A stretch of 64,000 nt of DNA from NCBI GenBank assembly GCA_038087875.1, contig CM075995.1, positions 6,636,001 through 6,700,000 on the forward strand. Reading direction: 5' to 3'. The DNA is from Malacoraja senta (lineage: Eukaryota). A program made the position numbers and the translations under genes. The notes under the pieces were generated by a model. It worked only from the letters and a program-made list of their open reading frames with translations. It did no database searches and was not told the origin of the DNA. Numbering within the stretch: the first letter of the stretch is position 1; each line of letters starts with the position of its first letter. This document shows, piece after piece, positions 1 through 12,329 of this stretch.

Positions 1-180
1 AGAAAAGGAATAGATGAGGCTTCGGGTCCAGAGCCTTCTTCACGGGAGGGGAGGGGAACAGATTCCCTCGCCCCTGACTCTCAGTCTGAAGAAGAGTCTC
101 GACATGAAACGTCACCTGTTCCTCTTCTCCAGAGATGCTGCCTGACCCGCTGAGTTGCTCCAGCACTTTGTATCCATCTT
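1..180 (+). mobile_element. Penelope-like terminal unit with degenerate hammerhead core, preceded by an inverted partial copy
   Basis: ctgaagaagagtctcgacatgaaacgtcacc at 86-116 followed by the recurrent gatgctgcctgacccgctgagtt..ctccagca tail; 1-42 is the reverse complement. Confidence 0.7.
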
Positions 181-341
181 ACTGATGTGTATGTTGCATG
201 TGCAATTAAACAAAGTTGCGAACTGGAAAATCGATTAATAAATTAAAAATCTCAAGGAATTGCAAACACTAGTTTACAATAAAAAAGACATAAAGTGCTG
301 GAGTAACTCAGTGCGTCAGGCAGCATTCCTGGAAATCATGA

Positions 342-710
342 ATAGAAACATAGAAACATAGAAAATAGGTGCAGAAGGAGGCCATTCGGCCCTTCGAGCC
401 AGCACCGCCATTTATTGCGATCATGGCTGATCGTCCCCAATCAATAACCCGTGCCTGCCTTCTCCCCATATCCCTTGATTCCACTAGCCCCTAGACCTCT
501 ATCTAACTCTCTCTTAAATCCATCCAGTGATTTGGCCTCCACTGCCCTCTGTGGCAGGGAATTCCACAAATTCACAACTCTCTGGGTGAAAACGCTTTTT
601 CTCACCTCAGTCTTAAATGGCCTCCCCTTTATTCCAAGACTGTGGCCCCTGGTTCTGGACTCGCCCAACATTGGGAAAATTTTTCCTGCATCTAGCTTGT
701 CCAGTCCTTT
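342..710 (-). mobile_element. CR1 LINE 3' fragment nested in a Penelope terminal unit
   Basis: ORF 441-671 gives the CR1 ORF2 C-terminus (RTRGHSL..FTQRVVNLWNSLP) with an (atagaaac)n tail; the host resumes at ggtgacgtttc (711). Confidence 0.9.
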
Positions 711-734
711 GGTGACGTTTCACATCGGAACTCT

Positions 735-955
735 TAGAGTCATGGAGCCAAACATCGTGGAAATGGGCCCTTTGGCCCAACTTGCCCACACCGACCAACA
801 TGCCTCATCTACACGAGTCCCACCTGCCTGCATTTGGCCCACATACCTCTAAAGCCCATATCCATGTACCTGTTTCAATGTTTCTTAAACATTGCAATGG
901 TACCTGCCTCAACTACCTCCACTGGCAGCTTGTTCCATACACCCACTATCCTTAG
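735..955 (-). mobile_element. CR1/HER1-type LINE 3' end (tail type shared with the SINE)
   Basis: Reverse complement of the recurrent ...gttgggccgaagggcctgtttccacgctgtatgactct 3' end. Confidence 0.8.
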
Positions 956-1089
956 TGTAATAAAAGATCGCAATCTGAAACTTAGTTTAGTTTATTGTCA
1001 CGTGTACCGAGTTACGGTGAAGAGCCTGTAGCGAGCTACAGTGAAAAGGTACAGTGAAGAAGGATCCTGACCCGCAACATCACCTATCC

Positions 1090-1628
1090 ATGAATGAATG
1101 AATAAGTTTATTGGCCAAGTATGTTCACATACAAGGAACTTGCCTTGGTGCTCCACTCGCATGTAACAACACGTATATACAGTAAACAATTAAGAATAAA
1201 ACATAAAACATGAAAACATTAAGAATAAAACATTATAGTTTGTGAATGAAATAAAATACCAGAGCAAAAGGAGGCTACAGACTTTTGGTTATTGAGTAGA
1301 GCTACTGCTCGTGGAAGAAAGCTGTTTTTATGTCTGGCTGTGGCGGCTTTGACAGTCCGGAGTTGCCTTCCAGAGGAAAATGATTCAAAGAGTTTGTGGC
1401 CAGGGTGAGAGAGGTCAGAGATGATCTTATCCGCTTGCTTCCTGGCCCTTGCAGTGTACAGTTCGTCAATGGGGGGGGGGGGGGGGGGAGGTTGCAGCCA
1501 ACAACCTTCTCAGCTGATCGGACGATTCGCTGGAGCCTCCGGATGTCATGCTTGGTGGCTGAGCCAAACCAGACCATGATGGAGAAGATGAGGACAGACT
1601 CTACGATGGCCGTATAGAATTGGACCAT
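1090..1628 (-). mobile_element. Rex1/Babar-like LINE 3' fragment with (ATTC)n tail and ATCCATG flanking duplication, nested in a Penelope unit
   Basis: Close match to the 3' end of the 15801-17284 element ([13 protein letters not shown]...); atccatg at 1086-1092 and 1627-1633. Confidence 0.85.
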
Positions 1629-1980
1629 CCATGTACATCAGGGATGCTGCCTGACCCGCTGAATTACTCCAGCACTTTGGGAATCCTTTCTCATCTTCTA
1701 TTCATGTTGCTCTCTTACCCTTTGATACCATTGTAATTCAACATATCTACTTTATTTAAAATTCTCTCTAAATATTACACAGCCTCAGAGGCAAAGACCA
1801 CAGTCCACTGATTCTCCATTACATCCTCCCTCTGCTTGCAGACAGTGTGAAGATTTTATAAGCACACCGTTATTTTGCATGTCAGTGTTCACAGCTGCGT
1901 TACAATCCCTCCAGACTTAACTCCTACACTAAATGAGCCTTCAGCTAAGAACTGCAGATTTTCTCGGCTGCAACACATAT

Positions 1981-2240
1981 TTCAGTTTAGTTTATTGTCA
2001 CGTGTACCGAGGTACAGTGAAAAGCTTCTGTTGCGTGTTATCCAGTCAGCAGAAAGACAATACAGGATTACAATCAAGTTATTTAGTATATAGATACATA
2101 AGAAGGGAATAACATTTAGTGCAAGGTAAAGCCAGCAAAGTCCGGTCAAGGATAGCCCAACGGTCACCACAGAGGTAGGTGGTGGTTCCGCACTGTTCTC
2201 TGGTTGTGGTAGGATGATTCAGTTGCCTGATAGCAGCTTA
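1981..2240 (-). mobile_element. 3' tail fragment of a second Rex/Babar-like LINE family
   Basis: Recurrent tail gtttagtttattgtcacgtgtaccgaggtacagtgaaaagc..., joined elsewhere (31895-32330, 53395-53920) to SHPGHSLFSPLPSGKRYRS coding sequence. Confidence 0.7.
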
Positions 2241-2313
2241 TTTTAACAGTTTATTTTAGTGTTTTGCTCATGATGATGTCCTGATGGTGAAGAGCGTTTA
2301 GGGTGGTGTAAGT

Positions 2314-2628
2314 GGGCGGTCACGGTGGCTCAGCGGTAGAGTTGCCGCCTTACAGCGCGTGCAGCGCCGGAGACCCGGGTTCGATCCCGACAACGGGTGC
2401 TGCCTGTACGGAGTTTGTACGTTCTCCCCTTGACCTTTTCTTGGACCATGTTCTTCGGTCTCCTCCCCCACTCCAAAGACGTACAGGTTTGTAGGGTTAA
2501 TTGGCTTGGTGTACGGGTAAATTGTCCCGAGTGTGTGAAGGATAGTGTTAACGTGCGGGGATCGCAGGTCGGTGTGGACTCAGTGGGCCAAAGGGCCTGA
2601 TTCCGCGCTGTATCTCTAAACTAAACTA
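2314..2628 (+). mobile_element. HE1-like tRNA-derived V-SINE, full length
   Basis: A box tggctcagcgg, B box ggttcgatcc, V-domain core (gagtttgtacgttctcccc...ctccaaagac), CR1-like tail gggccaaagggcctg..ctgtatctctaaactaaac. Confidence 0.9.
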
Positions 2629-3069
2629 TTGCTTTATTAAATGTATTTGAACTAATTAAGATTAATAAGAAAACATTAAGAAATAAGAAAACTGAATCAT
2701 CCTACTACACCTCAGCAACGAATTTGATAAGGTTCCACATGGTACACAGCTCTAGAAGGTTAGATCACATGTGATCCAAGGAGAGATAGCTGAGTGGATA
2801 GAGAATTAGCTTCAAATCTTATACACCTCTATATGATCACCCCTCATCCTTGTGCACTCCAAGGAATAAAGTCCTAGTCTGCTCAACCTCTCACTCTAGT
2901 TCAGGCCTCGAGTCCTGAAAAGTGGAAGAAATTAGAGCATAGGATCTGTTAATTATAGAGAATGGCAAGGTGGTAAGTCGGTGGCTAATGGAACTCTTCT
3001 TGTTGCCCGGGGGCGGAACTGATGAGAGAAGAAGTGTGGGAAATGAACCCGACTTGGTTGAGAGCTTCT

Positions 3070-3240
3070 CAGCGGGACAGGCAGCCTCTCTGGAGAGAAG
3101 GAATGGGTGGCGTTTCCCTTCTTCGCCTCGACCCAAAACCCATCATTCCGTCTCTCCAGAGATGCTGCCTGTCCCGCTGAGTTACTCCAGCATTTTGTCT
3201 ACCTTTGGTTTAAACCAGCATCTGCAGTTCCTTCCTACAT
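3070..3240. mobile_element. Fold-back Penelope terminal unit (degenerate)
   Basis: ctcagcgggacaggcagc...ctctggagagaaggaatggg followed by its reverse complement. Confidence 0.7.
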
Positions 3241-3453
3241 GGTTGAGAGCCTTTCCGATTAGGCAAATCCATTGTTAACAAAAAATTATTTCTGAAATAG
3301 ATGTTGTTGACATCAAAATAGGTATAACAGAGTCACACAAACTGGGAGAATGAAATAGAATTCTTCGAAGTAGTTAGATGAGGTGGAAGAAGAAAAACTT
3401 TGGAACTGCACCTTGGTTGCTAACTTAACCTCTGAAATGGAGATGAAGTATTC

Positions 3454-4185
3454 GGGCGGCACAGTGGTGCAGCAGTAGAGTTGTTGCCTTATGGCAGCAG
3501 ACACCTGGGTTGATTCTTGACTATACGTGTGCTGTCTGTACGGAGTTTGTACGTTCTCCCCACGACCAGCGAGAGAGTGTGAGATTAATCCCTGGTGCTC
3601 AACTGTGGTACAAGGATAAGTAGGAGGAGGCGTCTGAGAGTTGTCGCCTGGCCTCAGCCTCAGTGCGCCAGACTACCCTGGCACCTCCCTTGTCGGTGGG
3701 TTTGATTATGTTGGGGTTGCTGCAGAGTGAGAGGAGGGGAGGGCTGTACGTTCAGAGGGGATGAAGTTTGAGTAGGTCAGAGGAGTGGAAACGTTGAGAC
3801 CGTTGATGTCACGCCGGCAGTTAGAAAATAAAAACGTCTAGAGAGGGTAGAAGGCCATTCGGGGGAGTCCAAGAGGAGGGGGACCTGTGGAGATGGGAGA
3901 CTGGGTGGTGTGGACTCCTTCCCATAGAAAAAGGCACGGAGGCGGAGGCGACAGAAGAAAAGCTCAAGAAGGGTCTCGACCCGAAACGTCACCCATTCCT
4001 TCTCTCCACAGATGCTGCCTGTCCCGCTGAGTTACTCCAGCTTTTTGTGTCTATCCCTGTGACCACGTGGGTTTTCTCCGGATGCTCCGGTTCCCTCCAA
4101 CACTCGCTTCGGTAAAAATTGGAAATTGTCCCTAGTGTTTAGGATAGTGTTAGGTGGGCCGAAGGGCCTGTTTCTGCGCTGGATC
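3454..4185 (+). mobile_element. HE1-like V-SINE split by a Penelope insertion
   Basis: Head 3454-3570; the body resumes at about 4056 (cctgtgaccacgtgggttttctccgg). Confidence 0.8.
3575..4055 (-). mobile_element. Penelope-like retroelement fragment: RT N-terminal region (minus) plus inverted terminal unit (plus)
   Basis: Minus strand FFCRLRLRAFFY... and IIKPTDKGG (3683-3709), the Penelope K-P/A-DKG motif, with frameshifts; followed by gaagggtctcgacccgaaacgtcacc in the opposite orientation. Confidence 0.8.
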
Positions 4186-4371
4186 TCGAAGCAGTCAAGA
4201 AAGAAAGATTAAAATATGGGCCATGTGAAAGTGACACCAGCGTGGATACTAACAGCAAAACTGATGAAACATCTATACAGTCATAAATATATTGGAAAAA
4301 GAGAGATAGAACTGAAGTAGAGAGGTGAGCGGCACTTCTATTCAAAGAAAAGGCAAAGGATAACAGCAAAG

Positions 4372-4728
4372 GAGTATAAAACTTTGAGAGGAATAGATAG
4401 GGTTAAATGCACAGTCTTTTACCCAGAGTAGGGGAATCAAGAACCTGAGGACATAGGTTTAAGATGAGGGGGACAAATTTAATAGGAACGCAAGGGGTAA
4501 ATTTTTATACCCAAACGGTGGTGGGTGTACGGAACAAGCTGCCGGAGGAAGTACTTGAGGCAGGGACTATCCCAACGTTTAAAAACCATATGGACAGGTA
4601 CATGGATAGGACAGGATTAGAGGGATATGGGTCAAACACAGGGAGGTGGGACTACTGTAGATGGTGCATGTTGGTCGCTATGGGCAAGTTGGGCCAAAGG
4701 ACCCGTTTCATCCTGTATCACTCTATGA
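4372..4728 (+). mobile_element. CR1/HER1-type LINE 3' fragment
   Basis: ORF 4464-4784 (..FYTQTVVGVRNKLPEEVLEAGT..) and HER1-like tail. Confidence 0.85.
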
Positions 4729-5231
4729 TATTCAAGCCAATCTCATGTGGAAAGGAGGTTGAAGTGGGACTACATATAAATTAAGGCAGAGGTATCATAA
4801 TATAATTGGGGAATATTCAACAAAGGATTAAAGCACAGCATGGCCAAATGGGCAAATTAAAATGCCATTAATATTTTGAACCAGATTCTGACACTGGAAG
4901 GCATTTTACATCAATACCATTTTATTTAATTCTGCTTTATGTATTCTGCTTAATATTTATTATTCTCATTCTGGTCTGTAGTAATTTATTCAGACCACAG
5001 GCAGATGCTACATTAGCAAAATAAATATATCATGAGTCATAGGCTATACTACTGCACAGGGGATAAGATACCTGCTCAGCAAGTAAACTGGGCAACGGCA
5101 ATCACAAATTAATTAAGAGTCTATTGTTTTGATAACAGGGTTAATTTAAGAGAGGAAACCACCAACAGATAAGGGTATACAACAGGGCGCGGTATAGTTG
5201 CTGCCTTACAGCTCCAGAGACCCGGGTTCAA

Positions 5232-5596
5232 TTGTTAAGGGCTTGGACACGCTAGAGGCAGGAAACATGTTCCCGATGTTGGGGGAGTCCAGAACCAGGG
5301 GCCACAGTTTAAGAATAAGGAGTAAGCCATTTTGAACGGAGACGAGGAAACACTTTTTCTCACAGAGAGTGGTGAGTCTGTGGAATTGTCTGCCTCAGTG
5401 GGTGGTAGACGCAGGTTCTCTGGATGCTTTCAAATGAGAGCTAGATAGGGCTCTTAAAAATAGTGGAGTCAGGGGATATGGGGAGAAGGCATGAACGGGG
5501 TACTGATTGGGGATGATCAGCCATGATCACATTGAATGGCGGTACTGGCTCAAAGGGCCAAATGGCCTACTCCTGCACCTATTGTCTATTGTCTAT
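5232..5596 (+). mobile_element. CR1 LINE 3' fragment inserted in a V-SINE (5185-5760)
   Basis: CR1 C-terminus with (attgtct)n tail; tcaat appears on both sides and the SINE resumes at about 5600. Confidence 0.85.
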
Positions 5597-6172
5597 AGTC
5601 AATCATGAGTACGGCTGCTGTCTGTACGGAGTTTGTACGCTCTCCCCCTGACTTGTAAATTGTCCCTAGTGTGTAGGGTAGGACTAGTGTATGGGGATGG
5701 CTAGTCGGCGTGGAGTCGGTGGGCCAAAGGGCCAGTTTCCACGCTGCACCTCCAAAAACAAAAAAAAACTTTAAAGAACATAAATCAGTGTTTGACCGTC
5801 CAATGCAATACTATTGCAAGGAATTGCAATAATTGCTTCTAATTTTTGGTTTAAAAATTGATCTACAATTTCCAAATGCTGCATAAATATCAACCTCTGC
5901 CAGGAATTCTCCTGCAATTTCCTAACATACATGTCAAGCAGACGGAACTGAATTCCAGAGATGTGTGAGTGAGCGTGAGACTAGCTGTAACATGAAGGCA
6001 ACATCTGACCAAATATAGCCTCAAAGCATCAGATGAAAACTTTCCTTCAAAAACATAGAACAGTTTGGAAGATAGACACAAAAAACTGGAGTAACTCAGC
6101 GGGACAGGAATGGGTGACGTTTCGAGGGTCGAGACCCTTCTTCAGACTGAAAGTCACGGGAAAGGGAAACGA

Positions 6173-7693
6173 TAGTGATAATTTTTCAAAACTCTTTAGA
6201 TTCTGGAGTAGTCCCTGAGGATTGGAGGGTAGCAAACGTAACCCCACCTTTTAAGAAGGGAGGGAGAGAGAAAACGGGGAATTACAGACCAGTTAGTCTA
6301 ACATCGGTAGTGGGGAAACTGCTAGAGTCAGTTATTAAAGATGGGATAGCAGCACATTTGGAAAGTGGTGAAATCATTGGACAAAGTCAGCATGGATTTA
6401 CGAAAGGTAAATCGTGTCTGACGAATCTTATAGAATTTTTCGAGGATGTAACTAGTAGAGTGGATAGGGGAGAACCAGTGGATGTTTTGTATCTGGACTT
6501 TCAGAAGACTTTCGACAAGGTACCACATAAGAGATTAGGATACAAACTTAAATCACACGGTATTGGGGGTTCAGTATTGATGTGGATAGAGAACTGGCTG
6601 GCAAACAGGAAGCAAAGAGTAGGAGTAAACGGGTCCTTTTCAGAATGGCAGGCAGTGACTAGTGGGGTACCGCAAGGCTCAGTGCTGGGACCCCAGCTAT
6701 TTACAATATATATTAATGATCTGGATGAAGGAATTGAATGCAACATCTCCAAGTTTGCGGATGACACTAAGCTGGGGGGCAGTGTTAGCTGTGAGGAGGA
6801 TGCTAGGAGACTGCAAGGTGAAACTGGATAGGCTGGGTGAGTGGGCAAATGTTTTGCAGATGCAGTATAATGTGGATAAATGTGAGGTTATCCACTTTGG
6901 TGGCAAAAACGGGAAGGCAGACTATTATCTAAATGGTGGCCGATTAGGAAATGGGGAGATGCAGCGAGACCTGGGTGTCATGGTACACCAGTCATTGAAA
7001 GTAGGCATGCAGGTGCAGCAGGCAGTGAAGAAAGCGAATGGTATGTTGGCCTTCATAGCAAGAGGATTTGAGTATAGGAGCAGGGAGGTTCTACTGCAGT
7101 TGTACAGGGTCTTGGTGAGACCACACCTGGAGTATTGCGTACAGTTTTGGTCTCCAAATCTGAGGAAGGACATTATAGCCATAGAGGGAGTGCAGAGAAG
7201 GTTCACCAGACTGATTCCTGGGATGTCAGGACTTTCATATGAAGAAAGACTGGATAGACTTGGCTTATACTCGCTAGAATTTAGGAGATTGAGAGGGGAT
7301 CTTATAGAAACGTACAAAATTCTTATGGGGTTGGACAGGCTAGATGCAGGAAGATTGTTCCCGATGTTGGGGAAGTCCAGGACAAGGGGTCACAGCTTAA
7401 GGATAAGGGGGAAATCCGTTAAGACCGAGATGAGGAAAAACTTTTTCACACAGAGAGTGGTGAATCTCTGGAACTCTCTGCCACAGAGGGTAGTTGAGGC
7501 CAGTTCATTGGCTATATTTAAGAGGGAGTTAGATGTGGCCCTTGTGGCTAAAGGGATCAGGGGGTATGGAGAGAAGGCAGGTACGGGATACTGAGTTGGA
7601 TGATCAGCCATGATCATAATGAATGGCGGTGCAGGCTCGAAGGGCCGAATGGCCTACTCCTGCACCTATTTTCTATGTATCTATGTATCTATG
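6173..7693 (+). mobile_element. Young 5'-truncated CR1 LINE (ORF2 RT domain to 3' tail) with one frameshift
   Basis: ORFs 6175-6831 and 6662-7594 contain [32 protein letters not shown] and KFADD; extra base near 6821; (tatctatg)n tail; nested in a minus-strand Penelope 3' region (6068-8060). Confidence 0.95.
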
Positions 7694-7717
7694 AGAGATA
7701 TAGACGATGATGTGGAG

Positions 7718-7941
7718 CAGGGGTTCCCAACCTTTTTCGTCCCGTTTACTCCCGGCAACTTTAATGTTATTCCACTTATTTATGAACAACTAATGATGAA
7801 CAGATACCGACCGGTATAACAGAACCACACAGTCAGGCAATGAGAAATAATATGTACAAATCCAGAATCAACAAATTTACCCCCTGGGTAGGTGAAATAT
7901 ACCTCCCTGGGGGTAAACTTACCCCAGGTTGGGAACCTTTG
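7718..7941. mobile_element. hAT-superfamily MITE (224 bp)
   Basis: TIRs CAGGGGTTCCCAACCT / AGGTTGGGAACCTTTG (14/16); 8-bp TSD atgtggag (7710-7717) / atgtagag (7942-7949). Confidence 0.85.
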
Positions 7942-8505
7942 ATGTAGAGAGACATAGAACAATGAATGAAAGATATGCAAAAAAAAGTAACGCTGATAAA
8001 GGAAACAGGCCCTTGTTAGCTGTTTGTTTGGTGAAAACGAGAAGCTGGTGCGACTAGGGCCAGTACAGTATAGCACAGGAACAGTTCCTTTGGCCCACAA
8101 TGCCTGTGTCGAACACGATGATACGACCAACCCTTATCTGCCTGCACATAACCCATATCCTTCCATTCTCTGCATAGCCATGTGCTTATACAAAACTCCC
8201 TTCAACGCCACTATCGTACCGACCTCAACCACCACACCTGGCAGCGTGTTGTATGCAATCACCACACTCTGCATAAATTACTTGCCCTGAACATCTCCTT
8301 TCAACTTTACCCCTCTCCCCTTAAACCTATGCCCTGTAGTATTGCATATATCTGCCCTGGGAAAAAGATTCTGACCGTCTACCCTGAACTACTATCTACC
8401 TCGTTGGTGACCCTTTGATCAGACTTTACTGGCTTTATCTTGCACTAAACGTTATTCCCTTATCATGTATCTGTACACTGAGAATGGCTCAATTGTAATC
8501 ATGTA

Positions 8506-9284
8506 TTAGACAATAGACAATAGGTGCAGGAGTAGGCCATTCGGCCCTTCGAGCCAGCACCACCATACAATGTGATCATGGCTGATCATCCCCAATCAGT
8601 ACCCCGTTCCTGCCATCTCCTCATATCCCCTGACTCCGCTATTGTAAGAGCCCTATCTGGCTCTCTCTTGAAAGCATCCAGAGAACCGGCCTCCACCGCC
8701 CTCTGAGGCAGACAATTCCACAGACTCACCACTCTCTGTGAGAAAACGTGTTTCCTCGTCTCCGTTCTAAATGGCTTATTCTTAAACTGTGGCCCCTGGT
8801 TTTGGACTCCCCCAACATCGGAAACATGTTTCCTGTCTCTAGCGTGTCCAAACCCTTAACAATCTTATATTTTCAATGAGATCCCGTCTCATCCTTCTAA
8901 ACTCCAGAGTGTACAAGCCCAGCTGCTCCATTCTCTCAGCATATGACAGTCCCGCCATCCCGGGAATTAACCTTGTAAACCTACGCTGCACTCCCTCAAT
9001 AGCAAGAATGTCCTTCCTCAAATTAGGGGACCAAAACTGCACACAATACCCCAGGTGTGGTCTCACTAGGGCTCTGTACAACTGCAGAAGGACCTCTTTG
9101 CTCCTATATTCCATTCCTCTTGTTATAAAGGCCAACATGCCATTCGCTTTCTTCACTGCATGCTGTACCTGCATGCTTACTTTCATAGACTGATGAACAA
9201 GGACCCCCAGATCCCGTTGTACTTCCCCTTTTCCCAACTTGACGCCATTTAGATAGTAATCTGACGCCATTTAGATAGTAATCT
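8506..9284 (-). mobile_element. CR1 LINE 3' fragment with a 22-bp tandem duplication at the 5' junction
   Basis: ORF 8839-9270 encodes the CR1 post-RT region; (agacaat)n tail; gacgccatttagatagtaatct appears twice at 9241-9284. Confidence 0.9.
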
Positions 9285-9638
9285 TGTCTTTCTGCTGACT
9301 GGTCAGCACGCAACAAAAGCTTTTCATTGTACCTCAGTACAACAAACTGAACTAAACTATCAATGCCTCTCATAATGTTAAATATTTTGGCTGGAGATAT
9401 TCCTGGCATTAAAGAAGATGTCTGTGATATTTGGAGGTCAATCATCTCAACACAAGAGATGCCGCAATAGTTTCTCCAGGCAATACCTCATGGCCACCAT
9501 ATTGAGTGGTCCCTTCACAGATCTTCACTCGTGAAGACCAGAAGCAGTGTGGACAATATTACCAGGCAGGTAATATTCACAGCGACATCTACATCTCATT
9601 CACTGACCATCTCCAAGGATGCCAAACCACTTCCCTGC

Positions 9639-10887
9639 AATCATGCTTGGAATTTTTTGAGGATGTAACCAGTAGAATGGATAAGGGAGAGCCAGCAGAT
9701 GTGGTGTATCTGGACTTTCGAAAAGCATTTGATAAGGTCCCACACAAAAGATTAGTCTGCAAAATTAGAGCACATGGTATTGGGGCTAGGGTATTGATGT
9801 GGATAGAGAGCTGGTTGGCAGACAGGAAGCAAAGAGTAGGAATTAACAGGTCCTTTTCAGAATGGCAGGCAGTGACTAGTGGGGTGCTGCAAGGCCCGAT
9901 TCTGGGACCCAGTTGTTTACAATATATATTAACGATTTAGACGAGGGAATTAAATGTGACATCTCCAAGTTTGCGGATGACACAAAGCTGGGTGGTAGTG
10001 TGAGCTGCGAGGAGGATACTATGAGGCTGCAGGATGACTTGGACAGGTTGGGTGAGTGGGCAGATGCATGGCAGATGCAGTTTAATGTGGATAAATTTGC
10101 GGTTATCCACTAGTGGCAAGAACAAGAAGGCAGATTATTATCTGAATGGTGTCAGATTAGGAGAAGGGGAGGTGCAACAAGACCTGGGCGTGCTTGTAAG
10201 TCATGCTGTACCTGAATGTAAGCATGCAGGTACAGCAGGCCGTGAAGAAAGCCAATGGCATGTTGGCCTTCATTGCGAGAGGATTTGAGTTTAGGAGCAA
10301 GGAGGTCCTACTGCAGTTGTACAGGGCCCTGGTGAGACTGTACCTGGAGTATTGTGTGCAATGTTGGTCTCCTAATTTGAGGAAGGACATTATTGCTATT
10401 GAGGGAGTGCAGCGTAGGTTCACCAGGTTAATTCCTGGGATGGCGGGACTGACATATGATGAAAGGCTGGGTCGACTGGGTTTGTATTCACTGGAATTGA
10501 GAAGGGGATCTTATAGAATCATATAAAATTCTTAATGGATTGGACAGGTTAGATGCAGGAAAAATGTTCCCGATGTTGGGGGAATTCAGAACCACAGTTT
10601 AACAATAAGGGATAGACCATTTAGGACAGAGATGAGGAAAACCTTTAACACCCAGAGAGTTGTGAATCTGTGGAATTCTTTGCCACAGAAAGCAGTGGAG
10701 GCCAATTCACTGGATGTTTTCAAGAGAGTTAGATTTAGCTCTTTGGGCTAAAGGAATCAAGGGATATGGGGAAAAAGCAGGATGGGGTACTGATTTTAGA
10801 TGATCAGCCATGATCATATTGAATGGCGGTGCTGGTTCAAAGGGCCGATTGGCCTCCTCCTGCACCTATTTTCTATGTAATCTATGA
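9639..10887 (+). mobile_element. CR1 LINE, RT region to tail, several frameshifts
   Basis: ORF pieces 9506-9940, 9913-10113 and 10203-10526 contain [21 protein letters not shown] and LYRALVR. Confidence 0.92.
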
Positions 10888-10957
10888 CTAAGCAATACAT
10901 GCGGGCATTGTTAGTGAGGCCCATATTCAGTGAATATCCAGTGAATACATATTAATG

Positions 10958-11165
10958 TATCAACCCCATTTTCTTGCCTCCTCCCCATAACCCCTGACAC
11001 ACATACTAATCAAGAATCCATCTGTCTCTGCCTTCACAATGTCCATTGACTTGGCCTCCACAGCCTTCTGTGGCAATGAATTCCACACATTCACCAACCT
11101 CCGACTAAAGAAATTCCTCTTTATCTCCTTTCTAAAGGTACGTCCTTTTACTCTGAGGCTATGAT
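10958..11165 (-). mobile_element. CR1 LINE 3' fragment
   Basis: ..NFFSRRLVNVWNSLPQKAVEAKS.. in ORF 10960-11262. Confidence 0.8.
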
Positions 11166-11339
11166 ATAGAAATTGACTTGGAACATGTTTTGGCTGTTGG
11201 AATGAAGACTTAACAAGGAAACCAAAGATGTCAATAAAATTAGTTTGAGCATTCCAAAACATAACAGAGGATATTCATGACACAAATACAAGGATTACAT
11301 GAACTTACTGGTGTCCTTCAAACAACTCGAGGAAGACAG

Positions 11340-11695
11340 AGCACAGGAGGATGAGGGGTGATCTTATAGAAGTGTATAAAATCGTCTGGGAAATAGATAG
11401 CGAAAATGCAGTATTTTACCAAGAGTAGGGGAATCGAGAACCAGAGGACATGAGTTTAGGGTGAGGGGGAAAGATTTAACGGGAACCTGAGGGGCAGCAT
11501 TTTTTACATGAAGGGTGGAACAAGCTGCCGGATGAGGTTGTTGAGGCTAGTACTATCACACAGTTGTAAGACATGTTTAGACACGTATATGGATAGGATA
11601 GGTTTTGAGGGAGTTGGACTAGTGTAGATTGGGCATGCTGGTTGGCGTGGGCAGGTTGGGCCGAATAAGTTGTTGAAGTCATGGACTCTATGACT
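11340..11695 (+). mobile_element. CR1/HER1-type 3' fragment
   Basis: aggaggatgaggggtgatcttatagaa... through the HER1-like tail. Confidence 0.8.
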
Positions 11696-12329
11696 TCTAC
11701 AAGGTATTGGAATAGTGAGGGAGAAGAGAACTGATTTCACAAGAACAGAATTAGGCCATATGAATCATCAAGCCTGTCCTTCACTGATTATACCCTCTTG
11801 GCTCCTTTTCCTTCTCAAACTCATCAGTTGCGATCTTCAACATTCAAATTGTCTCACTCTGTACAGCTAACGAACGATGCAGTTGATCAAGAAACGGCAG
11901 TCTACTTTGATGAGATGCCCTCTCACATAGACAGACAGACCAGAACTAATTGCTAGTTATGCTCTGTCATTTCAGTAGGCACTCGGATGAAATGAATTGC
12001 CACAATGGCCTTAAATCGTTTCTGCATGTTTATCAAATGATAAATCCGCAGATGCCAACATATTCAACTGAAAAGAACTTTATACTATTCACGCTGCTAA
12101 TTTGTAATTTGAAAAATTGACTGTACGGGAAGTCTACATGTTTCTGTAAGTGTGTGAAGTATTGAGGAAAAGATGTGAAAAGAGAGCAGTCCTGAGCTAC
12201 TATCTACCTCACTGGAGACCCTCGGACTATCTTTGATCAGACTTTACTGCTTTATCTCCCATTAAACGTTATTCCCTTATCATGTATCTGTACTCTGTGA
12301 ACGGCTCGATGGTAATCCTGTATTGTCTT

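Noticed and set aside
2314..2400. tRNA-like sequences with A and B boxes (more than 20 copies)
   Set aside because: They are SINE heads fused to a V-domain and a LINE tail, not tRNA genes.
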